Shown: piece by piece, positions 16,645 through 26,004 of the stretch
How positions within the stretch are numbered: position 1 is the stretch's first letter
Layout of the letters: each line of letters begins with the position of its first letter
NCBI GenBank assembly: GCA_947306425.1
Contig: CAMZGO010000008.1
Coordinates: forward strand, 105 to 64,104
DNA: 64,000 bases
Direction: 5' to 3'
Origin: an uncultured Elusimicrobia bacterium
GTDB lineage: Bacteria > Elusimicrobiota > Elusimicrobia > Elusimicrobiales > Elusimicrobiaceae
Translations under genes and position numbers: made by a program
The notes under the pieces: generated by a model
Databases searched by the model: none
What the model saw: only the letters and a program-made list of their open reading frames with translations
What the model was told of the DNA's origin: nothing

Positions 16645-18192
16645 ATGAAAACAATAAAAACGGATGTTCTAGTCATCGGCAGCGGGATTGCCGGCTCGCT
16701 TTATGCCTATATATTGGGTGCTGCAGGCTTAAAATGCACCTTAATTTCCGCCGATAAATTAGCTGATTGCGACAGTTCCCTTGCACAAGGCGGTATAATT
16801 TATGAAGATAAACCAGATTTTAAATTACTCCTAAAAGATATACAGCGTGCCGGCTGCGGAGTGTGTAATGAAGAAGCGGTTTTGACCGCCTGCCGCGAGG
16901 GTTTTAAAGTAATTGAAAAATATTTTATCAAAGAATTTAAAACCGATTTTAACAAATCTGACAACGGCAAATTTTTACTAACAAAAGAAGCAGCGCACTC
17001 AAAAAGGCGTATACTTTACAGTAAAGACGCCACGGGGAAAGCTTTAATTGACTCAATGCAAAGTGCTCTGAAAAAGTTAAAAAATGTAAAAATTATTGAG
17101 CAGGCATCGGCAGTTGACCTTTTAACTTTATCACACAACTCCCAAAACCCGCAAGATTTATATAAACCTTTAACCTGCTTTGGCGCATATATTTTAGACA
17201 ATAAAACCAAAAATGTTTTTGCGGTTGTCGCTAGAAAAACAATACTCGCCACAGGCGGGCTCGGCCAAATTTTTAAATATACGACAAATATTGATACACT
17301 TTACGGCAGCGGTATCGCGATGGCTTACCGTATCGGCGCACGCGTTATCAATATGGAATATACACAGTTCCATCCGACGGTTTTTGCTTTAGGTAACAGA
17401 AATGCTTTGATTTCCGAAGCCGTCCGCGGCGAGGGTGCTGTTCTAATAAATAAATTCGGCAAACCTTTTATGCAAAATTATCATCCCTTAAAGGACCTTG
17501 CCCCGCGTGATATCGTCGCGCGCGCTATTGAACACGAACGCCTGAAAACAAAAAGTGATTTTGTGTATTTATCACTTGCCTCCATGAAACCGGACTTTAT
17601 TAAAAACCGCTTTCCAAATATTTATAAAACCTGTTTAAATAACGGCATTGACATAACCAAACAACCTATACCGGTAATGCCGGCAATGCATTATTTTTGC
17701 GGCGGAATTTTTACCGATTTGGAAGGGCGCACAAATATTTTGAATCTTAATGCTATCGGGGAATGTGCCTGTACAGGCTTTCACGGGGCTAATCGTTTAG
17801 CAAGCACTTCTTTGCTTGAAGCGGTTGCTTTTGCCGCACTTTGTGCGCAGGCGGACATTAAAGAAATTAAAACAAAAAAATTTTATTTACCTGCCCCGAA
17901 AGTTTGGCGTATGGCGGAAAAAGAGCCGGATGTAAATTTAATTTTACAGGATATTTCCGTCATAAAAAATACTATGTGGAACTATGTCGGTTTAATTAGG
18001 AGTAAGGACCGCTTAACCCGTGCTGAAAAGATTTTAAGACATTTAAAAAATGAAATTGACGTATTTTACAAAGGTTGTAAACTTACCCCCGAACTTCTGC
18101 ATCTGCGTGACGGCGCACAAACCGCATTACTTGTAACTTACGGTGCCTTGAAAAATAAACATAGTTTAGGCACGCATTATAGGGAGGATTAA
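16645..18192 (+). CDS. nadB: L-aspartate oxidase
   Basis: DVLVIGSGIAG FAD motif and fumarate reductase/succinate dehydrogenase flavoprotein-like core. ATG 16645 follows an AGGAG RBS. The listed start at 16597 overlaps rsmA. Confidence 0.9.
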   Translation: MKTIKTDVLVIGSGIAGSLYAYILGAAGLKCTLISADKLADCDSSLAQGGIIYEDKPDFKLLLKDIQRAGCGVCNEEAVLTACREGFKVIEKYFIKEFKTDFNKSDNGKFLLTKEAAHSKRRILYSKDATGKALIDSMQSALKKLKNVKIIEQASAVDLLTLSHNSQNPQDLYKPLTCFGAYILDNKTKNVFAVVARKTILATGGLGQIFKYTTNIDTLYGSGIAMAYRIGARVINMEYTQFHPTVFALGNRNALISEAVRGEGAVLINKFGKPFMQNYHPLKDLAPRDIVARAIEHERLKTKSDFVYLSLASMKPDFIKNRFPNIYKTCLNNGIDITKQPIPVMPAMHYFCGGIFTDLEGRTNILNLNAIGECACTGFHGANRLASTSLLEAVAFAALCAQADIKEIKTKKFYLPAPKVWRMAEKEPDVNLILQDISVIKNTMWNYVGLIRSKDRLTRAEKILRHLKNEIDVFYKGCKLTPELLHLRDGAQTALLVTYGALKNKHSLGTHYRED

Positions 18193-18193
18193 A

Positions 18194-18673
18194 ATGAAAT
18201 TATCTGAACACGAAAAATTTTTGGAGATGGCTATTAAATTAGCGGAAAAAAGCGCAAAAAGCGGTAAAGGCGGACCTTTCGGCGCGGTGATAGTTAAAGA
18301 CGGTAAAGTCATTGCAAAAGCACATAATACCGTTACGACTTCAACGGACCCAACCGCACACGCGGAAGTTAATGCCATACGCAAAGCATGCAAAAAATTA
18401 AAAAATTTCCAACTTGACGGATGCACGATTTATGCAAGTGCCGAGCCTTGCCCCATGTGCTTAGGTGCAATTTATTGGGCGCGCCCCAAAGCCATTTTTT
18501 ATGCTGCTGAAAAGAAAATTGCCGCGCGCGCCGGCTTTGACGACAGTTTTATTTACAAAGAAATTGAACGCCCGCAAGACAAACGTAAAATTAAGACGCA
18601 TCATTTACCCTTAAAAGATGCGCCTTTACCGTTCAAAATTTGGGCTAACAAACAAGACAAGGTGGAGTATTAG
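18194..18673 (+). CDS. guaD: guanine deaminase (CDA-fold, GuaD-type)
   Basis: GGPFGAVIVKDGKVIA...DPTAHAEVNAIR...PCPMCLGAIYWARPKAIFYAA...GFDDSFIYKEI is colinear with Bacillus GuaD as I remember it. Confidence 0.82.
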   Translation: MKLSEHEKFLEMAIKLAEKSAKSGKGGPFGAVIVKDGKVIAKAHNTVTTSTDPTAHAEVNAIRKACKKLKNFQLDGCTIYASAEPCPMCLGAIYWARPKAIFYAAEKKIAARAGFDDSFIYKEIERPQDKRKIKTHHLPLKDAPLPFKIWANKQDKVEY

Positions 18674-19137
18674 TAATAGTATTTACAATATTGATCTGTT
18701 ATACATGAACTGCTATGGTCGGTTTCTTTATGACATAAACGGTTCGCAAGATCGTTTGTATTTGTACTAAGAGCCGTACATATAAATGGTTTCCCGGTGT
18801 TAGACTTCATGTAAAAACACATTTGTGTATTAAAAATTTTTTTACAACATCTAAGGAGGCTAGAATCTATAATACTACATTCACTTTCACTAGGTAATTC
18901 CACATCAAGTACCTGAATATCATCATAGATACCGGCATAAGTATTGTGGGTTATATAATACCTTTGTACAGACTGTTGGAAAGTTTTTGTAAGTGTTTTT
19001 AATTCAACAAACTTTGCTTTACCGACTGCCATTTGATATTGCGGCAGGGCAATCCCGGCAAGTATACCGATAATTAAAACTACTACAAGCAACTCAATTA
19101 AAGTAAAACCTTTGTCTGCGTTTTTTATTTCTTTCAT
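18670..19137 (-). CDS. prepilin-type N-terminal cleavage/methylation domain protein (type IV pilin-like)
   Basis: KGFTLIELLVVVLIIGILAGIALPQY N terminus. AGGAGAG RBS. Confidence 0.85.
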   Translation of the reverse strand: MKEIKNADKGFTLIELLVVVLIIGILAGIALPQYQMAVGKAKFVELKTLTKTFQQSVQRYYITHNTYAGIYDDIQVLDVELPSESECSIIDSSLLRCCKKIFNTQMCFYMKSNTGKPFICTALSTNTNDLANRLCHKETDHSSSCITDQYCKYYY

Positions 19138-19189
19138 AAACTCTCCTAATTCACTTTATAAAGCGTTTAAAAATATTATTACCCCAAAA

Positions 19190-19220
19190 ATTATACAAAA
19201 AAAAAAAAAATGTCTGTCAA
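19190..19220 (-). promoter_or_regulatory. consensus sigma70 promoter of the pilin-like gene with a T14 tract in a 19-nt spacer
   Basis: On the minus strand: TTGACA (19220-19215), then GACA + T14 + G, then TATAAT (19195-19190). A 46-nt leader and an AGGAGAG RBS follow. Confidence 0.6.
19197..19210. repeat. A14/T14 homopolymer
   Basis: Counted directly. It is the longest homopolymer I saw in the window. Confidence 0.95.
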
Positions 19221-19291
19221 GACCTTTTTTAAAACTCCAACGATAATTCATAAAGATATTCATCTGTGGCACAAAAAGTTAAACATTTCCC

Positions 19292-19320
19292 TTGACATTT
19301 AACATAATAACTTGTATTCT
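19292..19320 (+). promoter_or_regulatory. putative sigma70 promoter of trxA
   Basis: TTGACA (19292-19297), 17-nt spacer, TATTCT (19315-19320). Confidence 0.45.
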
Positions 19321-19338
19321 TTATCAAAGGGGATGTTT

Positions 19339-19656
19339 ATGGAAATACATTTAACTGATGCAAACTTTGACCAAGAAGTTTTACAGTACAAAGGTGTCGT
19401 CTTGGTTGACTTTTGGGCACCTTGGTGCGGGCCATGCAGAATGCTTGGGCCCGTCATTGAAGAAATTGCCAAAGAATATGAAGGCAAAGCGAAAATCTGT
19501 AAAATAAATACAGATGAAGCACCGGAACAAAGCGGGAAATTTCAAATTTCCTCTATTCCTACGGTAATTATCTTCAAAAACGGCACGCCGGAAATTACTT
19601 TAAACGGCCTCCAGAGCAAGGAAGAAATAAAAAAACAACTTGACTCTCTGCTCTAA
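19339..19656 (+). CDS. trxA: thioredoxin
   Basis: WCGPC active site. 105 aa counted from the ATG preceded by an AAGGGGA RBS. Confidence 0.92.
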   Translation: MEIHLTDANFDQEVLQYKGVVLVDFWAPWCGPCRMLGPVIEEIAKEYEGKAKICKINTDEAPEQSGKFQISSIPTVIIFKNGTPEITLNGLQSKEEIKKQLDSLL

Positions 19657-19682
19657 TTATTTGTAATATATTCTTATTAATA

Positions 19683-19709
19683 GCCCGCTCTTAAGGGCGG
19701 GCAACTTTT
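19683..19709 (+). terminator. probable rho-independent terminator
   Basis: GCCCGC-tcttaagg-GCGGGC hairpin followed by a weak T-run. Confidence 0.45.
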
Positions 19710-19752
19710 CCAAAATTCGGGGTTTTCCAAAAATTTTTAGCAGTATTTGCTT

Positions 19753-22389
19753 ATGCTTGATAAAAAATTTTTTATTATTGACGCACATGGCATTTTACAC
19801 CGCAATTACCACGCTTTACCGCCTTTAACTTCAGCAAAAGGTGAGGAAGTGGGCGCCTTGTACGGTTTTGTTAATTGGCTGCTTAAATTTTTGGAGTCAA
19901 AAAAACCGACGCATGTCGCCGTTTGTTTTGATTCAAAAGGCCCGACTTTCAGACACGAAATTTTTAAGGACTATAAAGCAAACCGCCCGCCGACAGATGA
20001 AGCGCTTGTTTCCCAACTAAAAATTGCACGCGAGATTTGCACCGCGCTCGGCCTAAAAGTTGTTGCCCTGCAAGGTGCGGAGGCAGATGACCTAATGGCA
20101 AGCTGCGCCAAAATTGCCGGCAAAGATAACACCGATACAATAATTATCACAAGTGATAAAGATATTTATCAAATTGTCGGGCAGCATATTAAACTTTGGT
20201 CCGGTTCAACGCAAGATGATTATAGGGATGACAGCGCCTGTATAAATAAATTCGGAGTACCTTGCAAATATATAGCAGATTATTTGGCACTCTTGGGGGA
20301 TAGTTCAGATAATGTTCCCGGTGTAGAAGGTATCGGCGCAAAAAGCGCACAAACTTTAGTAAGCACTTTTGGTACAGTTGAAGCAATTATTGAAGCCGCA
20401 AAAAATAACAGCCCCCAAATAAAAGATGCTTTAAAAAATAAAATTTTGAAAGGTGAAGAATCTGCCAAACTTTCAAAAAAACTTATTTTACTTAAAGATA
20501 ATTTACTTGATTTAAATTATGAAGATTTCAAAATTACCCCCCCCGATTTAAATAATATTAAAAATTTTGCGGAACGTTTTGAATTTAAAAATTTAAATTA
20601 TTTTTTAAAGGAACATCAAAATCAAGAACTGCAAAAAACACAGGCCCAGCTTTTTACGCAAGGGGAACTTTTCGGAGATTTTAATGAAACTGCACAAGGG
20701 CCTGCTCAAAAAATTTTACCCGTTCCTCAAGATTTTAAGACTGTTTTAAATAAAGCGCGCGGTGCTTTTGAAGTTTTTATTTATGCGGAAGATGAATTTT
20801 TGTTAATCGTCTTAAATGAGCAGGATTTTGCATATAAACAAATACAAAATATTACACCGGAAGAATCAGAAATTTTAGGACAAATTTTGCAAGACTCTTC
20901 CACTTTAAAATTAAGCCACGATTTAAAATGTACTTTGCGAGCTATCAAATTTGTTCCGGAAAAACAAACATTTTTGAACTGCTTTGATTTTGAACTTGCC
21001 GCATATTGTTTAAACCCTGCACAAGATTTCGGGCTGGTTACTTTACTAAACAAAAATTTAAAAATAAACTTTGAACAAGATATAAGTCAGGAAGATAAGT
21101 TTACTTTATATGCACAAAATATTTTTACCTTGAAAAAATATTTTGAAAATGCTTTGTCCCAAAGTTTACGGAACAACGTTTTTAAAGAACTTGAAACACC
21201 TCTTGAAACTGTTTTGCTCTCTATGGAAAGTGCAGGCATTGAATTAGATACGGCCTGGCTTAAGACTTTGGCTTTGCTTTTGTCTTCCGAAATGGAAACG
21301 ACACAAAAGGAAATTGACAAATTAATCGGCGGGCAAGTAAATATAAATTCTACTAAACAACTTGGTATATTGTTGTTTGAAAAATTAAAATTGCCGGTAC
21401 TGCGCAAAACAAAAACCGGCTATTCTACCGATGAGGAAACTTTGGAAGGCCTAAAAAAATTCCACCCCATTTGCGAACTGATTTTAAAATACCGCGAAGC
21501 AGCAAAATTAAAAACAACTTATGTTGACTCTTTGCTTGATTTGGCAGACCAAAATACGCGCCGTATACATACAAATTTCAACCAAACAGGAACGGTAACA
21601 GGACGCCTTTCAAGTTTTAACCCCAATTTGCAAAATATCCCGATTAGGACGGAAAAGGGGCGCTTAATACGCCAAGCATTTTGCGCGGGGGAAGGCAAGG
21701 TTTTACTCTCTTTAGACTATTCTCAAATTGACTTGAGAGTACTTGCCCATGTGTCGCGAGATGAAACTTTAATTCACTCTTTTAAGACCTCTGACGACAT
21801 CCATGCGCGCACTGCTTCCGAAGTGTTTAATAAACCGATTGCGGAAGTAACAAAAGAAGACCGCGCGCATGCAAAAGGTATCAACTTCGGCATTGTCTAC
21901 GGGCAAGGCCCTTTGGCACTCTCCCAAACATTAGGCATTACCATGACACAGGCAAAAGACTATATTGACAGTTATTTCGCACGTTATGATACAGTTAAAT
22001 CTTGGATAAACAAAACCGTTACCGAAGCACGAAAAACAGGTTTTGTTACAACTTTACTTGGGCATATCAGATATTTACCGGAATTTCAGGATTCAAACCC
22101 GCGTTTGGTAAGTTTTGCTTCACGGGCGGCTGTAAATACGGTGGTGCAGGGCGGTTCCTCAGATATCATAAAAAAAGCAATGCTTGATATATATAAAGAA
22201 CTGCCGCAAGATATAGATTTACTTTTACAAATTCACGACGAACTTATTTTTGAAGTGCCGGAAGGAAAAATAAAGGACTTTGCTTTATGGGCAAAAACTA
22301 AAATGGAAAATGCCATAATCTTAAAAGTACCTTTAGTGGCTAAGGCAAAAGCAGGGAAAAATTTAAATAACATGGGGCCTGTTTTGTGA
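19753..22389 (+). CDS. polA: DNA polymerase I
   Basis: 5'-nuclease domain (LLGDSSDNVPGVEGIGAKSA). Polymerase motifs (DYSQIDLRVLAH, RAHAKGINFGIVYG, QIHDELIFE). Confidence 0.95.
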   Translation: MLDKKFFIIDAHGILHRNYHALPPLTSAKGEEVGALYGFVNWLLKFLESKKPTHVAVCFDSKGPTFRHEIFKDYKANRPPTDEALVSQLKIAREICTALGLKVVALQGAEADDLMASCAKIAGKDNTDTIIITSDKDIYQIVGQHIKLWSGSTQDDYRDDSACINKFGVPCKYIADYLALLGDSSDNVPGVEGIGAKSAQTLVSTFGTVEAIIEAAKNNSPQIKDALKNKILKGEESAKLSKKLILLKDNLLDLNYEDFKITPPDLNNIKNFAERFEFKNLNYFLKEHQNQELQKTQAQLFTQGELFGDFNETAQGPAQKILPVPQDFKTVLNKARGAFEVFIYAEDEFLLIVLNEQDFAYKQIQNITPEESEILGQILQDSSTLKLSHDLKCTLRAIKFVPEKQTFLNCFDFELAAYCLNPAQDFGLVTLLNKNLKINFEQDISQEDKFTLYAQNIFTLKKYFENALSQSLRNNVFKELETPLETVLLSMESAGIELDTAWLKTLALLLSSEMETTQKEIDKLIGGQVNINSTKQLGILLFEKLKLPVLRKTKTGYSTDEETLEGLKKFHPICELILKYREAAKLKTTYVDSLLDLADQNTRRIHTNFNQTGTVTGRLSSFNPNLQNIPIRTEKGRLIRQAFCAGEGKVLLSLDYSQIDLRVLAHVSRDETLIHSFKTSDDIHARTASEVFNKPIAEVTKEDRAHAKGINFGIVYGQGPLALSQTLGITMTQAKDYIDSYFARYDTVKSWINKTVTEARKTGFVTTLLGHIRYLPEFQDSNPRLVSFASRAAVNTVVQGGSSDIIKKAMLDIYKELPQDIDLLLQIHDELIFEVPEGKIKDFALWAKTKMENAIILKVPLVAKAKAGKNLNNMGPVL

Positions 22390-22967
22390 GAAATAATTTG
22401 GATTTTCATCAAGAAGGGAAACTTATTATTGCCTTAAGCGGGGCAATTGCAAGCGGAAAAACGGCTGTTTTGGAAGAATTTGCTGCCCTTGGCGCTGAAA
22501 CCATTTGTGCAGATGCTTTGGCTGCTAAATACCGCCAACTGTTAAAAACAAAAATAAAAAATGCCTTTGGTACAGAAGATAAAAATAAATTAGCAAAACT
22601 TGTTTTCAGAGATACGGAAAAACTAAAAGAACTTGAAAACATGTTACACCCTTTGATATTAAAAGAGGCCAAAGAAATAGTTCAAAAGACATCTAAAAAA
22701 GTTGTGGTATTTGCTATACCTTTACTTTTTGAAAAAGGGCTTGAAGATGGTTTTGATTTAACTGTTTGTGTATATACCTCTTATAAGAAACGTGTAAAAA
22801 GGGCTCTTCTGCGGGGTACAAATGAAGATTATTTTAAACGATGCGAAGAAACACAACTGCCTATGGCAGTTAAAGCGGAACGAGCTGATATAATAATTTT
22901 TAATGAAGGAACGCGGGCTGATTTAAAAAATAAAATCGCGCGCTTTTACAATACTTTAAAAAAATAA
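22386..22967 (+). CDS. coaE: dephospho-CoA kinase
   Basis: P-loop GAIASGKT and CoaE-like length. The GTG start overlaps the polA stop (GTGA). Confidence 0.85.
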   Translation: MRNNLDFHQEGKLIIALSGAIASGKTAVLEEFAALGAETICADALAAKYRQLLKTKIKNAFGTEDKNKLAKLVFRDTEKLKELENMLHPLILKEAKEIVQKTSKKVVVFAIPLLFEKGLEDGFDLTVCVYTSYKKRVKRALLRGTNEDYFKRCEETQLPMAVKAERADIIIFNEGTRADLKNKIARFYNTLKK

Positions 22968-22982
22968 AAATGAGGATAACTT

Positions 22983-24533
22983 ATGGAAAATAATGAAGTA
23001 AAACCTACCGAAACAAAACCCACCGCAGTAAAAGAAAATAAGGAAGTAAAAGAAGCAAAAACTTCCAAAGAAACCAAGGCAAAGGAAACTGCCGAAGTAA
23101 AAATATTGCAAACTGCCGAGGAAAATAAAGAAGTCAAAAATCAAAAAGAAATAGTAAATAATAAAAAAATGCAAACAAACGGCATTATTCAAGAACGCCA
23201 AAACGGGCAAAGGAATTTTAATAATAACCGCCGTTATCAACAGCCGTTGCCGCAAAGGCCAAACGGCGCAAAACCGATGGATGCCAGGCAGCTTGCGGAA
23301 TTGAGTGTAGCTGACCTTACAAAACTTGCCATCAATTATAACATTGAAGATATTTCCGGCCTTCGTAAGCAACAACTTATAGGCAAAATTATTGCAGTGC
23401 AAGCAAAGCAAAACGGCTCCGTTTACGGCGGAGGTGTCTTAGAAATTTTACCTGACGGTTTCGGTTTTTTACGTTCCGAGGAAAATAATTATTTGGCAGG
23501 TGCGGAAGATATATATGTTTCCCCTTCACAAATTAAACGTTTTGGTTTAAGAAAAGGCGATAAAATTGAAGGGTTAATCCGCCCGCCGAAAGATAATGAA
23601 AGATTTTTCGCGATGTTACAAGTTCAAAAAGTTAATGATGTGGATGCTGATAAAATTTTCCGCCGCCCGCTTTTTGAAAATTTAACACCACTGTACCCAA
23701 ATAAAAGATTTGTATTAGAACTTGATAAAAACTCCAACACGCAACGTGTTATTGATTTAATTGCCCCTATCGGTAAAGGCCAGCGTGCATTGATTGTGGC
23801 CGCACCGAAAACAGGTAAAACCATAATGTTACAAAACTTGGCAAATTCTTTGACGACAAATCACAAAGATATTGAACTTTTAGTGCTTTTGATTGACGAA
23901 CGCCCTGAAGAAGTAACAGATATGAGCAGAAATGTTAAAGGCGAGGTTTTGGCCTCTACCTTTGATGAACCGGCCGAGCGCCATGTACAGGTTGCGGAGA
24001 TGGTACTTGAAAAAGCAAAACGCGGTGTTGAAAACGGTAAAGATGTCGTTATTTTACTTGATTCAATAACCCGCCTTGCACGTGCTTACAATACTGTTAC
24101 ACCTGCAAGCGGACGTGTATTAACCGGCGGTCTTGAAGCAACCTCTTTACAACGCCCGAAACGATTTTTCGGCGCGGCAAGAAATATTGAAGAAGGCGGC
24201 TCTTTGACGATTATTGCTACCGCATTAGTGGAAACAGGTAGCCGCATGGATGAAATCATCTTTGAAGAATTTAAGGGTACGGGTAACAGCGAAATTTATC
24301 TTGACAGAAAACTTGCCGACAGGCGCATCTTCCCTGCCATTGATATTAACCGCACTTCTACTAGAAAAGAGGACTTACTCCTTACCGAAGATGAACTTAA
24401 TAAATCTTGGATACTTAGAAAGATTTTATCACCTTTAAGTTCCATTGATGCAATGAGTTTACTGCTGGAAAAATTATCTGCCACAAAGTCAAACAAAGAC
24501 TTTTTAAAGCAAATGGAAGTAAGCAGTTTCTAA
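22983..24533 (+). CDS. rho: transcription termination factor Rho with about 100-aa low-complexity N-terminal extension
   Basis: Rho N-terminal/CSD region and RecA-type core ([25 protein letters not shown]). The first 100 aa or so are K/E-rich and then N/Q-rich. Confidence 0.95.
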   Translation: MENNEVKPTETKPTAVKENKEVKEAKTSKETKAKETAEVKILQTAEENKEVKNQKEIVNNKKMQTNGIIQERQNGQRNFNNNRRYQQPLPQRPNGAKPMDARQLAELSVADLTKLAINYNIEDISGLRKQQLIGKIIAVQAKQNGSVYGGGVLEILPDGFGFLRSEENNYLAGAEDIYVSPSQIKRFGLRKGDKIEGLIRPPKDNERFFAMLQVQKVNDVDADKIFRRPLFENLTPLYPNKRFVLELDKNSNTQRVIDLIAPIGKGQRALIVAAPKTGKTIMLQNLANSLTTNHKDIELLVLLIDERPEEVTDMSRNVKGEVLASTFDEPAERHVQVAEMVLEKAKRGVENGKDVVILLDSITRLARAYNTVTPASGRVLTGGLEATSLQRPKRFFGAARNIEEGGSLTIIATALVETGSRMDEIIFEEFKGTGNSEIYLDRKLADRRIFPAIDINRTSTRKEDLLLTEDELNKSWILRKILSPLSSIDAMSLLLEKLSATKSNKDFLKQMEVSSF

Positions 24534-24550
24534 AAGTTATATAAACTGAA

Positions 24551-24582
24551 AATATCCCTGCTATATAGCAGGGATATTTTTA
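24551..24582. terminator. bidirectional rho-independent terminator between rho and miaA
   Basis: AATATCCCTGCTA / TAGCAGGGATATT palindrome flanked by A-runs and T-runs. Confidence 0.65.
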
Positions 24583-24598
24583 TTATGTTCCATATAAA

Positions 24599-25528
24599 TC
24601 AAATTAAATATAATATTTCTTTTACAATATCTTCTTCGGTTTTACCGGCGCAGTTTATTGTTTGTTTTTCTTGGTAACGGCCAAACCATGTGCGTTGGCG
24701 TTTGGCATATTGGCGGGTTAAAATCGTGATTTGCTCTTTGGCTTGCTCTTCTGAAATTTCATTTTTTAAGAAACTTATTGCTTGCGGATATCCTAAACTC
24801 TTTAAGCCGGGGGCATCGGGTTTATGACCTTTGGAAAGCGCTTGTTTTGCTTCTAAAACCATAGGTTCAAAAATTAAATTTGTGCGTTTTATAATACGCT
24901 CCAAAAGTTGTTCTTTTGGCATATCTAAATAAAAAAAGTGTGCTTTATCTTTTGTAATTTCTTGTTTTAATTTGCCGCTTTTTAAGACGGATGCAGGTTT
25001 TCCGGTAAGTTCATAAATTTCCAAAGCGCGTATTAAGCGGTGTATGTTTTGATAGGGTATTTCTTTGGCACTTTGCGGATCAATTTCCTGCAAGCGTTTA
25101 TGCAAATATTCGCGGCCGTACATATCGGCTTCACGTGCAAGACGGGCACGTAGAATCAAATCAGCTTTCGGTAAATTATCCATACCGCAAAAATAATTTT
25201 GTAGATACATCCCGCTGCCGCCCGTAAAAATTACTTTATTATTTTCTCTTTCTGAAATTTCGCGTGCCATGGAAATAAAGCGCGAGACATCAAAAACTTC
25301 ATCTACCGGCAAAAAATCTACCAAATAATAAGGCACGCCTTCCACCAGATATTTGCCGTTTTCCCATTTGCCCAAAGGTGCGGCAGTACCGACATTTAAA
25401 CCTTTATAAATTTGGCGGGAATCAAGTGAAATGATACTATAACCCAACTTTTTTGCAAGCAGCAAAGCAACTGCCGTCTTACCGACGGCAGTTGGCCCTG
25501 AAATTATTATGGGTAAATGCTTGCTCAC
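24599..25528 (-). CDS. miaA: tRNA dimethylallyltransferase
   Basis: IIISGPTAVGKT P-loop. IPP transferase family pattern. Confidence 0.92.
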   Translation of the reverse strand: MSKHLPIIISGPTAVGKTAVALLLAKKLGYSIISLDSRQIYKGLNVGTAAPLGKWENGKYLVEGVPYYLVDFLPVDEVFDVSRFISMAREISERENNKVIFTGGSGMYLQNYFCGMDNLPKADLILRARLAREADMYGREYLHKRLQEIDPQSAKEIPYQNIHRLIRALEIYELTGKPASVLKSGKLKQEITKDKAHFFYLDMPKEQLLERIIKRTNLIFEPMVLEAKQALSKGHKPDAPGLKSLGYPQAISFLKNEISEEQAKEQITILTRQYAKRQRTWFGRYQEKQTINCAGKTEEDIVKEILYLI

Positions 25529-25992
25529 TTAAACAAACTTTTGTCCTTTTGAATTTTATTACAGATACTTTGGCATTTGCAATTAGGCACGCACACCTCA
25601 GGTAAGCGGAGCATTATGCGGGTGTTGCAGTCCAAAAAATCATTTGCAAGCGCCATAATCTTTGCAGCAACAGCACTGTCAATTTTGGTAAATTCTATAC
25701 CGATAGTGTAAACAGGCCCCTTTTGGCGGACCCATGCAGTTTTTGCTTCTACGTCAAATTTACCGATGGTCGGAAGTTCCATTTTAATATGCATAATACC
25801 TGCAATAGGTGCTTTTAAAAACGAAACAATACGCATACCTGAAGCAGACAAATCAGCTAAAACCGCCGCAATTTGGTGGACTTTGCCATCGCTGTTATCA
25901 GTGTAAGTTAAGTCAATCGGCTCAACTATATTGCTAATCACGGGAACACGCGGATGACGGCGGCGTTCAACAAAATTATTATCTTTACTCAT
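25525..25992 (-). CDS. PilZ domain protein with Cys-rich C-terminal tail
   Basis: RRRHPRV and DLSASG motifs (RxxxR ... D/NxSxxG). ATG 25992 lies 8 nt after an AAGAGG RBS. Confidence 0.72.
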   Translation of the reverse strand: MSKDNNFVERRRHPRVPVISNIVEPIDLTYTDNSDGKVHQIAAVLADLSASGMRIVSFLKAPIAGIMHIKMELPTIGKFDVEAKTAWVRQKGPVYTIGIEFTKIDSAVAAKIMALANDFLDCNTRIMLRLPEVCVPNCKCQSICNKIQKDKSLFK

Positions 25993-26004
25993 AATCAAAA
26001 CCTC

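Noticed and set aside
20700-21400. Apparent absence of 3'-5' exonuclease Exo I-III acidic motifs in PolA
   Set aside because: This is common in many bacterial Pol I enzymes (Taq/Bst-like). My motif placement by eye is uncertain, and the point is not noteworthy without an alignment.
22956-23411. 151-aa minus-strand ORF antisense to the rho 5' region
   Set aside because: It is the antisense reading of the K/E-rich low-complexity extension (Phe/Leu-rich product). It has no RBS and overlaps a confidently called gene.
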